From a virus: a stretch of 64,000 bases of DNA. Shown piece by piece: positions 39,118-48,208 of the stretch; the stretch's first letter is position 1; the number at the start of each line of letters is the position of its first letter. Made by a program: the position numbers and the translations under genes. The stretch lies in the IMG/VR virus record IMGVR_UViG_3300043411_002794, positions 32,001-96,000 of that record. The stretch is one strand, 5' to 3'. A model generated the notes under the pieces. It had not been told where the DNA came from. It ran no database searches and saw nothing but the letters and a program-made list of their open reading frames with translations.

Positions 39118-39567
39118 CTAAGTACCATGATCACAGGCTGCGATGGCATCCCGCACGACCGTGAGCTTGTCGATGATGCGCTGCAACCTAGCAACAGCGG
39201 CCGCAGGTGCTGCTCGCGATTCTTCATCCAACTCGGCTGCGATGAACGTCAGCCGATCATCACCAGCGGCCTTGGCGCGCTTCCAAAGTTGATGCAGCGT
39301 GCTAATCCCGCGATAGGGCGCGCGGGCTTCTTCCGCGGGATGGTAGGCCTGCAGCACGACCAGCATGTCATCGGCCGGCCAGCAGAGTTTGTTGCGGGTA
39401 CGCCGCGACAGGATCTTGGCGCGTTCGTAGGTGGTAGCGTCGATGGTGCCCATGTTCTCGCACCCTTCGGTCTCGTAGGCGTCCACGACGTCTGCGAGCA
39501 TGGCTGCAAGTTCTTCGTAGGTGGGTTTGTCGGCTTCGGGTCTTGCGACCTGTTCAGCTTCGGTCAT
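39118..39567 (-). CDS. Hypothetical protein
   Basis: 149-aa ORF directly after junction motif copy 4. Confidence 0.6.
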   Translation of the reverse strand: MTEAEQVARPEADKPTYEELAAMLADVVDAYETEGCENMGTIDATTYERAKILSRRTRNKLCWPADDMLVVLQAYHPAEEARAPYRGISTLHQLWKRAKAAGDDRLTFIAAELDEESRAAPAAAVARLQRIIDKLTVVRDAIAACDHGT

Positions 39568-39570
39568 GTT

Positions 39571-39585
39571 GGGTTTCTAATTACC
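39571..39585 (-). promoter_or_regulatory. Junction motif GGTAATTAGAAACCC, copy 4
   Basis: Exact 15-mer, 3 nt before an ATG. Confidence 0.6.
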
Positions 39586-39843
39586 TGATTTGGTAAGTTG
39601 CGTAAGATGGCTCTTCCAGGTACCGTCGTCCCCGAAAGTTCGCAGGTCGATCGCCGCCGAGCAGACGCCGCGATCAAACTCAGCGTTGCTGGCAGCAACT
39701 TTTTCGTAGTCATGCCAGAACTGGTGAGGCTTGCTGTTTAAGCGAGCCAGAAGGCCGATGGCGTAGCTCTGGCGGGCTCTCAGCTCGCGAAGCGTCATAC
39801 CGGCCATCCAACGGACCAACGCGTCTACGTGCTCCGTAGGCAT
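39577..39843 (-). CDS. Hypothetical protein
   Basis: Probable start MPTEHVD. Confidence 0.42.
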   Translation of the reverse strand: MPTEHVDALVRWMAGMTLRELRARQSYAIGLLARLNSKPHQFWHDYEKVAASNAEFDRGVCSAAIDLRTFGDDGTWKSHLTQLTKSGN

Positions 39844-39899
39844 CGTGTCGCGTTCCCGGGGAATTCTGTTCAGTATTAGTGGAAGTGGTTGCATTATCA

Positions 39900-40484
39900 C
39901 TAAAGCGAATACAAGAGGTTGTCGTCGCCCGCGTACAGATTCCACTCGCCGAACGACTTGGCGATCGCTGTCAGCTCGGCCACGGCGTCTTTGGATTTGT
40001 GATCCCAGTCGCCGTCCCAGAACCCGGCGCCGTGGCGGTTACGGGTGAGGAAGAAATCCTGGCCGGCGTCTTTCAGCTCGGCGTCGTCATCCATGTCGAG
40101 GTACGGCGAGGCCTGCTGCAAGAAGTGGTAGCAGTCTTTGCCCATCTCATGCTGGGTGCATTCGGCTAGGTCTTCCGGGCCGTGGTCGGTGTTAAGCTCA
40201 CGGCCTTGCTCGTCGGACGGGGAGAACCAGATTGCAGCGTCGATGTAGCCCTCAAAGAACGCGTTCTCGTTCAGGATGGCATACTCGACGAATATCCAGC
40301 AGGCCGTGTCGGCCAGCAGGCCGGGGCGACCGGGGCGGGCCAGTCGCCAGCGGTTCATTGCGCTCCAGTGTATCGACCACCAGCGAGATCGTGTCGGAAT
40401 GCGGCGCTGGCCGCGGCGGTGTTCGTTGAGATTGAACTCCAGGCAGGTGTTGACCGACACCGGCAGCGGGGCCAGGGCGATCAT
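39900..40484 (-). CDS. Conserved phage hypothetical protein (FFLTRNRHGAGFWD family)
   Basis: Motif GQDFFLTRNRHGAGFWDGDW; start at 40484 or 40358. Confidence 0.6.
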   Translation of the reverse strand: MIALAPLPVSVNTCLEFNLNEHRRGQRRIPTRSRWWSIHWSAMNRWRLARPGRPGLLADTACWIFVEYAILNENAFFEGYIDAAIWFSPSDEQGRELNTDHGPEDLAECTQHEMGKDCYHFLQQASPYLDMDDDAELKDAGQDFFLTRNRHGAGFWDGDWDHKSKDAVAELTAIAKSFGEWNLYAGDDNLLYSL

Positions 40485-41104
40485 GCTTTGGTCTTTTTGC
40501 GCGGCTTGGCGACCAACACCGCAGCTCCGGCGATCTCAACGATTCGATCGCGGGTCCAGGTGCGACTGCCTTTGCTGGTTATTGCCAGAATGGCCTGCCA
40601 TTCGTCTTCGGTCAGCGTGTCCCAGAAGTCTTGGCCGACCGCGGCGATATGCTCGTACGTTTCCAGCAGTTCAACAAAGAACTTGTTGCCGTAAACCTTG
40701 AGCGGATCCCCGGGAATGATTTTCAACTCATCCGGGTGGAAGTCTTTCTCCGGCAACGCCAAGAGATCCACTTCGAAGATGTCCGGCTTGGCGAACTTTT
40801 TGATCGTGCTGCGAAGCCAGGCTTGCACGAGCCCGGCGTTTTTCAGATTGGCAGTCGGGATCAGGATATTGCGGCAGGGCGTCGTCTGCTCGCTGTCCAT
40901 CTCGTACTCGACCGTCACGCGTACGACGAACGGCGGAGTCAGCGGCCGATCGAAGCGATCCTGCACGCCGAGCAGCGTACGTAGCAGCAGGGCCTGATCT
41001 TCACTCGTAAGCAGCACTTGCTCGCCGCGACGCGAAACGAAGCGGATGAGGCCGCTGTCGGTGTGCTCGACGACAGGCCCGGGGTTATAGGCTTTCTTCG
41101 CCAT
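40481..41104 (-). CDS. Hypothetical protein
   Basis: Probable start MAKKAYN. Confidence 0.55.
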   Translation of the reverse strand: MAKKAYNPGPVVEHTDSGLIRFVSRRGEQVLLTSEDQALLLRTLLGVQDRFDRPLTPPFVVRVTVEYEMDSEQTTPCRNILIPTANLKNAGLVQAWLRSTIKKFAKPDIFEVDLLALPEKDFHPDELKIIPGDPLKVYGNKFFVELLETYEHIAAVGQDFWDTLTEDEWQAILAITSKGSRTWTRDRIVEIAGAAVLVAKPRKKTKA

Positions 41105-41123
41105 TAAAACATCGGTACTCCGG

Positions 41124-42326
41124 CTAGGTCGCGATGCAGCTGCATTCACAACCGGCACAAACGGATTTCATTTGTAGGTTGAGCTTCGGTAGCGGTTCAC
41201 CCATGTCTTCGGGCGTGAACTGCTCGATGAAGTCGTGCCATTCGGGGATTTCAAGCCCGCCGGCAAACGCCTGCTGATTGTCGATGATCTCCTGCGGCGC
41301 CGTCGCCGTCAGGAGATCGATCTCTTCGGCCGGGAGAAGTTTGTGCTCCCGAATGAACTGGGTCATCATGCCCGGCATCTTCTTGCCGCCGCGATTGCCC
41401 TTGCGGCCGCGACGCCAGAGGCCCAGTACGCCGGTGGCGTTGCGTCCCCGACGCGGCTGCTTGGGAAGTTCCTTTTGGGCCCGCTTGCCGCCGTCGCGCT
41501 TCGGACGGGCGTTCTCCGCGTCGATCTCTTGGCAACGGAGCCGCCACGCGGCGAGCTTCGTCTCATATTGGCGATCGAGCTCGTCTTGCGGGATGTGGCC
41601 TTCGAGCCGCGGGAGCGCCCGGGCCTCCATGATCACGATGTACCGCAGGTAGATCTTCTTGAAGTGCTGCAGCTCTTCCGGCTGCGTAGCCGGGCAGAAG
41701 ATGCATGCCGACTTCACAGGCTGCCCGCCGCTTTCGACCCAGGTCTTACCGGTCCAGTCGGACCAGCCCGGGAGGTTTTCTTTGCGGATCTCGGCGATGC
41801 ATCGCTCTCGATCCCAGCCCCATTCGATGAGCGGGTACCAGTAGTTGTACTTGGGGTCAGTGTCCTGGCCCTTGATCGCTTCGTTATAGCGACGCTGATC
41901 TTTGGGTCCGGCGTCGTAGCCGATGACCTTCGTGACGCGCTGCCCGGCGGCCCAGGCCGCTTGAGCCGTCGCCCATTGCTCGCAGAAGGCATTCTGCGGG
42001 GCGACCTTCCATTTGAGCGAACAGCTTTTGAAACCAAACGCCAGACTCGGCAGCGTGCCGTTGGTGAGGCAGTTCTCGCCGAGGGAGTGATATTTTGGCC
42101 AGTGCATGAAATCTTGCACGACATTTTTAACGACGGTTACAGGTGGAAAACCAACCGATTGCAGCCATCGTTGTGCTACCGGAAGGTAGTCGTATGTTTC
42201 TTGTCGCTCGTTGCCGGTGTCGGCAAATAAAATGAGATCCGGCCGAATGTTCTGGCGGCGAAGTCCGATGATTGCAGCCCAACTGTCAACACCGAGGCCG
42301 TAGGATACAACAAGGGGCTTATGCAC
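41124..42326 (-). CDS. PAPS-reductase-like adenine-nucleotide alpha-hydrolase family protein
   Basis: PP-loop VSYGLGVDS, FADTG.E, CSLKWK, YPLIEWGWDRERC, SACIFCP. Confidence 0.8.
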   Translation of the reverse strand: MHKPLVVSYGLGVDSWAAIIGLRRQNIRPDLILFADTGNERQETYDYLPVAQRWLQSVGFPPVTVVKNVVQDFMHWPKYHSLGENCLTNGTLPSLAFGFKSCSLKWKVAPQNAFCEQWATAQAAWAAGQRVTKVIGYDAGPKDQRRYNEAIKGQDTDPKYNYWYPLIEWGWDRERCIAEIRKENLPGWSDWTGKTWVESGGQPVKSACIFCPATQPEELQHFKKIYLRYIVIMEARALPRLEGHIPQDELDRQYETKLAAWRLRCQEIDAENARPKRDGGKRAQKELPKQPRRGRNATGVLGLWRRGRKGNRGGKKMPGMMTQFIREHKLLPAEEIDLLTATAPQEIIDNQQAFAGGLEIPEWHDFIEQFTPEDMGEPLPKLNLQMKSVCAGCECSCIAT

Positions 42327-42806
42327 GGTGACTCCATGGCATAGCGACGCAAGGCACGGTACTTACGATATTTCCGGCCTCGCGACATAAATACTTTGAA
42401 CTGAATACGCGACTGGCGAAGCTGTCGCCAGTCTGGTTGTTGTCGGAAAGTCGTAATGAACTTTCCGTCGATGAGTTGCGGATCTTCGCGAGGGCGGCCG
42501 ATGCGAAGAGACAGGCTGTGCCTGCCCTCTAATGAGATCCGCAGCCAAAGCCGCTTCTTCCAGTGCCGCAGATCCCACGGGCGAATTTGATCTTCGCGGA
42601 GTGTCATGAAAGCGGCGGCTCGACGGGCAGCGGCGGCGTGATAAATGCACGGCCCGATAGTTCGCGGCTACGCATGAACGCAGTGATTTGTTCGTCGGTC
42701 GGCTCTTGCTCGTCAGTCAGCTCAATCACGAACGTAGGTGGACGATTACGCAGAAAAATATCCGGCGTACGACTAGACGGCGGGATCACGGTGAGAATGC
42801 AGACTT

Positions 42807-43310
42807 TCATCTGTTCACGATCTTGGCCAGGAGTTTCTTTTGTTTGTACCAAGCCATTTGTGCGCCTTGGCTTAGACCTTTGGTGGCCCAGTTGCAGTTC
42901 ATGCCGATGGCCGGAATGATCTGCGTTAAGTACTCAGCGTAGGGCTCGCCCATGTGGAGCTCGATAAGAATGTCTTTGAACGCGGCTCCTTCGTGTCCCG
43001 TCCCTTGTGCGTCTCCGTACTTGAGCTTCACCAGCAGGCTCTCGACAACACGAAGCGACCAAAGTGCCCGTTCTCCGGCCGGGGCGCCGACGAGCGTTTT
43101 GTCATACGTCGAGATGTACTGGTCCGGAGACAGCAGTCCGAGTTGTGCAGAGGCAATGTACCACTGATCGCCCGTCGCTTCCGCGTAAGTGCGGCGGGCG
43201 TTGAAGATGCTGCCGGTATAAAGCGAGCGAGCCGTTACGAGGTCGTTGGTTCGTTGCTTTGCCTTCCCGCAGCCGACGATAATTATTCGAGTCGGTGTTT
43301 GGTGTCCCAT
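42807..43310 (-). CDS. DUF6884-like (YaaA-fold) protein
   Basis: IIVGCGKAKQ...ARSLYTGSIF...WYIASAQLGLL; AGGAG RBS. Confidence 0.62.
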   Translation of the reverse strand: MGHQTPTRIIIVGCGKAKQRTNDLVTARSLYTGSIFNARRTYAEATGDQWYIASAQLGLLSPDQYISTYDKTLVGAPAGERALWSLRVVESLLVKLKYGDAQGTGHEGAAFKDILIELHMGEPYAEYLTQIIPAIGMNCNWATKGLSQGAQMAWYKQKKLLAKIVNR

Positions 43311-43323
43311 ATTCTCCTAGTTC

Positions 43324-44550
43324 GTCAGCATTGTCGTAGTCGCAGCCACAGTCGTAACGCAGTCGTTGTCGTCAGCACGGTCGTTGCCGTTGCCAATGCC
43401 GTTGTCATAGTCGAGGTCAGTGTCCGCAGCGTTGCCGCAGTCGTTGTCACAGTCATGAACGAAGCGCCGTCATCGTCATCAGCGTCGTCGTTGTCGACGT
43501 CGTGGTCGGAGCAGATGCCTAAGTCAACGCCGTCAGCAGTGCCGCAGTCGGTGACGAAGTCGCTGCCGGTGTCGTTGCGCTGTCGTGGCCGGAAGCGTCG
43601 TCGATGTCGTTGTCGTTGCGCCGTCAGTGTCGTTGTCGCAAGCGGAGACGTAGTCGTTGTCGCAGCCGTCGTCATTGCCGCTACCGAAGTCGCCAGCGCT
43701 GTCGCTGCCGTAGCCGCTGCCATTGCCGACACGTCGGGGTTGTCGATGTCGCGGGCTGCAGCGTGGTCGTTGCCGGAGTCGATGTCAGAGACGGTGTCGA
43801 TGCCAGTGTCGTGGTCAGATGCAATGTCGCGGACGCAGTCGGAGTCATGGTCGATGCGGCGTCTCAGTCGAAGCCTGCAGCGTAGTCACTGTCGTTGTCG
43901 AGGTCAGGACATTGTCGTTGCCGTTGCCGTGGGCAGAAGCATCGTCAACGTCGAGGTCGTCGTCACTGCGTGGTCGGCAGCGTCGTCGTTGCCGGAGCCA
44001 GTGTCAAAGCCGGAGTCGGTGTCGTCGTCTTTACGCTGTCGTGGGATCAGCAAGGACGGAGTCGGAGCCGGTGACGTAGCCAGAGACGATGTCGCTAGCG
44101 CAGTCGTAGTCAATGCCGATGCATGGACATAGCCAACAGCGTCGTCAAAGTCGCTGCACGGTCTCCGTCGAAGTCATCGTCGAAATCGTTGCCAGTAGCA
44201 TTGTCGTTGCCGCTGCCGTTGTCGGGACGTAGCCGGGGCGTCAGCGCAGTCAATGCCGTTGTCGTCGTCAATGTCACTGCCGGAATCGCCGTCGTTGCCT
44301 CTAGCGTTGCCGCAGTCGTTGCCGCAGCCGGCACGCTGTCTATACCGGAGTCGCAGCCGATAGCGTTGCCGCTGTCGGCGTCATTGCCACAGCCGTCGTC
44401 ATGGTCGTTAGCAGAGTCGTGGTCGCTTGCGTAGTCAGCGTCGTAGGCAGAGCCGTCGCCGATGTCGTTATCGAAGTCAAAGTCACTAGCGTCGTCAGTG
44501 TCGTCGTCGAAGTCGTAGTCACGATCGTTGCCGCTAGCAGTGTCGCTGCC
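43324..44550 (-). ncRNA. Hexamer-periodic array, candidate guide-RNA locus of the adjacent RAMP gene
   Basis: Manual parse of the minus strand gives 192 hexamers (G-N-Y-N-N-Y, mostly GAC/GGC-NNY) plus 15 pentamers = 1227 nt exactly; the register shifts reading frame repeatedly; no RBS/ATG at its start. The periodic repeat is certain; the RNA function is inferred. Confidence 0.65.
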
Positions 44551-44564
44551 GTCGACGGTTCGGG

Positions 44565-45236
44565 TTAAACTTCGGTGCCTTCTTCGACCACGTCGCACGA
44601 AACGACGCGGCCGCGGCCGTACCCCATTTTACGGCACGCGCCGACGCCGACGAAGTAGCAGGCGTAGTCGATCAGGTGCTTCACCGAGTTTTCGTCGTAG
44701 ATCGTCCGCATGATCCCGACGGCGTCGAAGTTGCGGAGCAGTTCGTTGGACTGGAAGCGGCGCTGCCCGCCTTCTTCCGGCTTGACGTACCGCTCGTAGA
44801 TGTCGTCTTTCTCGAACTTGCCCGTTTTGAAGTCGCCCAGCCGCAATTTGCTGCGGAGGTCGTCTTTCGGGAAGCGGCTGCCCGCCGGAGCCGACGTGGT
44901 GGCCTGCACCAGGGCACCCGAGAACTGGTGACGGGGAATGATGATCTCCGTCTTCATGTTGTTCGGGTCGATGCGGTACCACTTGCGCTCCGCGGCCTTG
45001 CAGAGGCGTTCGTATTCGTCTTGCGTAATCCCTTCCTTTTTGAGGTAGGACTGCAGGGCCTGGGCGCGTTTGTCGTCGGAGCGGGCCCGGTTCATGCCGG
45101 ACTTCTTCTGGATGTCGATGACCGAATTGCGTTCCGGCCAATACGGGTCGGCGATGTAGTCGTCGAAGTGGACGACCACCTTGAGAGTCTTGATTTGATC
45201 GAAATCGTTCGGGATCGTGCCTTTGGACTTAGTCAT
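44565..45236 (-). CDS. Stand-alone Cas7/RAMP-superfamily protein (223 aa)
   Basis: IIIPRHQFSGALVQA matches the Cas7/Csm3 IPxxxxxGxl segment; C-terminal G-rich loop VGVGACRKMGYGRGRV; start coupled to upstream ORF (ATGACTAA). Confidence 0.82.
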   Translation of the reverse strand: MTKSKGTIPNDFDQIKTLKVVVHFDDYIADPYWPERNSVIDIQKKSGMNRARSDDKRAQALQSYLKKEGITQDEYERLCKAAERKWYRIDPNNMKTEIIIPRHQFSGALVQATTSAPAGSRFPKDDLRSKLRLGDFKTGKFEKDDIYERYVKPEEGGQRRFQSNELLRNFDAVGIMRTIYDENSVKHLIDYACYFVGVGACRKMGYGRGRVVSCDVVEEGTEV

Positions 45237-45453
45237 GTTGCTTCGTGAAAACCTGTGTGAATATTTTGGGATCTTGAAAACTCGGATGAGCCTCGACCAG
45301 CTTGTGGATGCAGATCGTGCTGTGGAGTCGCCGGGCGGTCTTCGGATCGCAATCCGGATCCGCCAACATGGCTTCAAAGGCCCGGGCCATGTCGGCGTGA
45401 TAGCCGCCGTAGGTGCCGGGTCGGTAGTGTCGTCGCCAGAGAATTTCAAGCAC
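45229..45453 (-). CDS. Small hypothetical protein coupled to the RAMP gene
   Basis: 74-aa ORF whose stop overlaps the RAMP start. Confidence 0.5.
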   Translation of the reverse strand: MLEILWRRHYRPGTYGGYHADMARAFEAMLADPDCDPKTARRLHSTICIHKLVEAHPSFQDPKIFTQVFTKQHD

Positions 45454-45950
45454 TACATGTACTCGATGAAGTCGTCAGGTGCGGCACATAATCGCTCGTC
45501 CGCGCCTTCGATACGGATTTCGCTGAAACCGTCATCGATATTCGGTTTGCCGCTGCGAAAGTGGCCGTCTTCGAAACGAAACGGCGCGTGTTCGACCGTG
45601 CCTGTCACGTAGATGACGTTGCAAAGCTGCTTGGTCATGAAGCGATACCGCAGCTCCGTGTTATTGCAACAGGAGAGCGCTACGATTAGGCCGTACTTCT
45701 TTGCGAACTGCTCAGCTTTCTTCGGCACATCTTCCGGCAGAATATGTACGCCGGAGGCGAAGACGTTGATATGGCACGGCTTTCGGTTTTTGAATCCGAC
45801 CCGCACGACGCACGGTGTGCCGTGTTCGTTGGCGTAGCCGACTTGCAGAATGCGACCGAGCAACGGAGGCTGACCTGATCGCTCTACGCAGATTTGATCG
45901 CCCGCTTTACCGTGACCCGCGGGCCACGGACTTTTGCTTTTCTTGGGCAC
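45453..45950 (-). CDS. Hypothetical protein
   Basis: 165-aa ORF in operon. Confidence 0.5.
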   Translation of the reverse strand: MPKKSKSPWPAGHGKAGDQICVERSGQPPLLGRILQVGYANEHGTPCVVRVGFKNRKPCHINVFASGVHILPEDVPKKAEQFAKKYGLIVALSCCNNTELRYRFMTKQLCNVIYVTGTVEHAPFRFEDGHFRSGKPNIDDGFSEIRIEGADERLCAAPDDFIEYM

Positions 45951-46359
45951 GAACCTTCCTAGCTAATGCTTGAGCCATGTTGGTATCGATCACCGCCTCC
46001 CGCCAAGCTCTGCTGGCGACAGGGGTCATCTTCAAATACTTCAACGGGCAGTCGAACCAAATTGGTCCGTCCGCTTCGGTACTTTCGCGTTCGGTCCAGC
46101 ACTTCTCTTTCGAGTCGTACGTGAAGCGAATGACAGAGATAAACGGCCACATGCGTTCTTGGCGGTCGTCCGGGCGGTTATCGACGTACTGCCAGACCGC
46201 CCACACTCGCACGTCGCGTTTGATGTTGCCTCGTACGCATTTGGCCAGCAACTGGATACAGCCGAGCCCACCGCTGCGGGTTGCATGCTGATCTGTCGTT
46301 AATGCGAACTTGAGGCAGTTTTTGAGCGTGTACCCGGACGGGTAACTCGTACTCCCCAT
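45907..46359 (-). CDS. DUF6927-like protein (tentative)
   Basis: ESTEADGPIWFDCPLKYL...WREAV motif. Confidence 0.5.
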   Translation of the reverse strand: MGSTSYPSGYTLKNCLKFALTTDQHATRSGGLGCIQLLAKCVRGNIKRDVRVWAVWQYVDNRPDDRQERMWPFISVIRFTYDSKEKCWTERESTEADGPIWFDCPLKYLKMTPVASRAWREAVIDTNMAQALARKVRAQEKQKSVARGSR

Positions 46360-46365
46360 GTCGCC

Positions 46366-47184
46366 TCAGCAGAGATCTTGGACGTTGATCGGAGCTTGGT
46401 TGCGCGGGTCGACCAACTGCACCCGCTCCACGGACGCCGCGGTCTGCGACGCCAACGTGTTCAGCCGTCCGGCCGCTTCGCGGACCACGGCCTGCAGCTC
46501 GGCGATCGCGGCGGCCGCCGCCGGGTTGTTCCCGGCTGCTGCAGCTGCTTGACGATCGGCCCGCATGAGGCGGCTACGGAATTCGTCGTCCATGAACCGC
46601 GTCGATTGCGTGAGCACGCTGCGACGAGCCATAGACGCGATACAGTCGCAGGCGATGTTGAAGGTGCTACTGGCCCGCGGCGCCCAGTGAAACTGGAACT
46701 GAAAGCCTTCGCGAATCATCTCTCGCCATGCCGCCCACAGCGGATACTGCGTCCGCGGCAGCGGTTGATCGAAGTCGGAGGCCTGGCTGCCGTGTTTGGC
46801 GACCGTCTCCGAGTCGGTGACGATGTGCACCTGCAGGACGCCGCGACGCTTGATCAGATCTCGACCTTCGCACGCGTTGAGCCAGTGCAGCATGGCCTGC
46901 ATGTACGGCATCTGTTCCGCCAGGTTGACGGATCCCAGGTTCATACCGCCGTGATAGAAGCGGCCGAGCTTTTGGTTGTTGTCGACGAGTGCCGTCGCCC
47001 AGCCGCAGGCGCCGTCCCAGCCGCTGCCGCTACCGTCGCCGACCAGGAGCAAGTCCCAGCTGACGATACCGGTAGCATCAAGCAGAGCTTGCAGAGTCGG
47101 ATACGGCGGCAGGCTGCCCGGCTGGACCTTGGTCCGCCCCGCCGCCGTCGGCTGCGTTCCGGGCAAGTTGTTGTGTTTGCTCAT
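46366..47184 (-). CDS. Ribonuclease HI-like protein
   Basis: VGDGSG, VNLAEQ, IVTDS, FHWAPR, NIACDCIA: RNase H acidic residues present. Confidence 0.8.
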   Translation of the reverse strand: MSKHNNLPGTQPTAAGRTKVQPGSLPPYPTLQALLDATGIVSWDLLLVGDGSGSGWDGACGWATALVDNNQKLGRFYHGGMNLGSVNLAEQMPYMQAMLHWLNACEGRDLIKRRGVLQVHIVTDSETVAKHGSQASDFDQPLPRTQYPLWAAWREMIREGFQFQFHWAPRASSTFNIACDCIASMARRSVLTQSTRFMDDEFRSRLMRADRQAAAAAGNNPAAAAAIAELQAVVREAAGRLNTLASQTAASVERVQLVDPRNQAPINVQDLC

Positions 47185-47518
47185 TCAGTTTCTTTGCCAG
47201 GCGACTGCTGGCTTCGTTAAGTTCGTTGTAGACCTGTTGCAGGTTGTTCAGCAGCGACGTGCTGATCTTTGCCATCTGCTGGATCAGGTCCAGAGAAAGT
47301 CCGGCCGAAGGCGGGTCACCGTTCGGGCCCGCGATGACGCAGCCCGGCAGCGACGTACCGAGTCGTTGATCCCAGACCAGCACGACGGCAACGCCTGCCA
47401 GCTCGGGATAAGTTTGCGCAAGTCCGTTGGAGAATGCGGCCGCCTCGTTGCGAGCCAGTTCGAAGAACTGAAGCGGCTTAGGCGGAGCCGTCGGATTGGG
47501 TATCGGTTGATCCGTCAT
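47078..47518 (-). CDS. Hypothetical protein
   Basis: Probable start MTDQPIP; 3' end overlaps the RNase H start. Confidence 0.45.
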   Translation of the reverse strand: MTDQPIPNPTAPPKPLQFFELARNEAAAFSNGLAQTYPELAGVAVVLVWDQRLGTSLPGCVIAGPNGDPPSAGLSLDLIQQMAKISTSLLNNLQQVYNELNEASSRLAKKLNEQTQQLARNAADGGGADQGPAGQPAAVSDSASSA

Positions 47519-47882
47519 GGGGAAGAAAGTCTCGTGGTCGCGAGTAGCGAATGGCTTCGGGAAGGACGTTGTCGAGGCTCCAGGCAAGATACCCGGCGGC
47601 CCAGCCGTATGCTATCGCCTGCGGTATCAGCCAGAGCGGCGTCCACCAGGGCGTAAGAAAGCGATCGGCGTAAAGGACGAGCAGCATCACGGCGGCGAAT
47701 AGTCCGCCGGCATGATGGGCGTGGCAGAACGGGCAGAGCAACGCTTCTTCCACAAAGTTCGCGCGCTGCGAGAGCCGGTGCTCCATGCGGGCCCGGAGGA
47801 CTACGAACAAGTCGCCCTGGAACCAGATTTCGAGCCAAGCCCGCAGGGCGAGCACTAACACCGTGAAATAGAAAAAGTTCAT
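47478..47882 (-). CDS. Membrane protein, DUF1360-like
   Basis: Hydrophobic helices flanking LLCPFC; start MNFFYF. Confidence 0.5.
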   Translation of the reverse strand: MNFFYFTVLVLALRAWLEIWFQGDLFVVLRARMEHRLSQRANFVEEALLCPFCHAHHAGGLFAAVMLLVLYADRFLTPWWTPLWLIPQAIAYGWAAGYLAWSLDNVLPEAIRYSRPRDFLPHDGSTDTQSDGSA

Positions 47883-48208
47883 TCTGCGGCTTCTTTCCGG
47901 GCTTTGACCCAGTCTTGATATCCGGCCACGGTGTCGCCGTTGACGACCTCCATGGCCCAGTCTTCCTTCGGATACTCGGGATCCGAGGCCCATAGATCGT
48001 CCGGCCGTTCGACGGCGTAGACGTTCCCCAGGCCCGGGCTGCCCAGCGTATCACTGATGCACTCGTCCCAGATCTCGTCGGCCGACGTGACCATGTCCAA
48101 GAACGCATCAACCTTCTTGGCGATTGCTTCCGGCGTCGTGGTCTCCGGATCGTACTCGACTTCGACCGTGATGTAAGCCGTTTTTGGCTTTGGTTCTTCG
48201 TCGGTCAT
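47879..48208 (-). CDS. Hypothetical acidic protein
   Basis: Start MTDEEPK coupled to the MTase stop. Confidence 0.5.
   Translation of the reverse strand: MTDEEPKPKTAYITVEVEYDPETTTPEAIAKKVDAFLDMVTSADEIWDECISDTLGSPGLGNVYAVERPDDLWASDPEYPKEDWAMEVVNGDTVAGYQDWVKARKEAAE

Noticed and set aside
43324-44598. Low-complexity D-x, T/A-rich or R/C-rich proteins predicted across the periodic tract
   Set aside because: Each ORF drifts through all three phases because of 15 one-base register shifts. The D-x frame contains a TGA and has no RBS/ATG at the start. The third-position pyrimidine constraint is not explained by codon usage. A decayed gene cannot be fully excluded.
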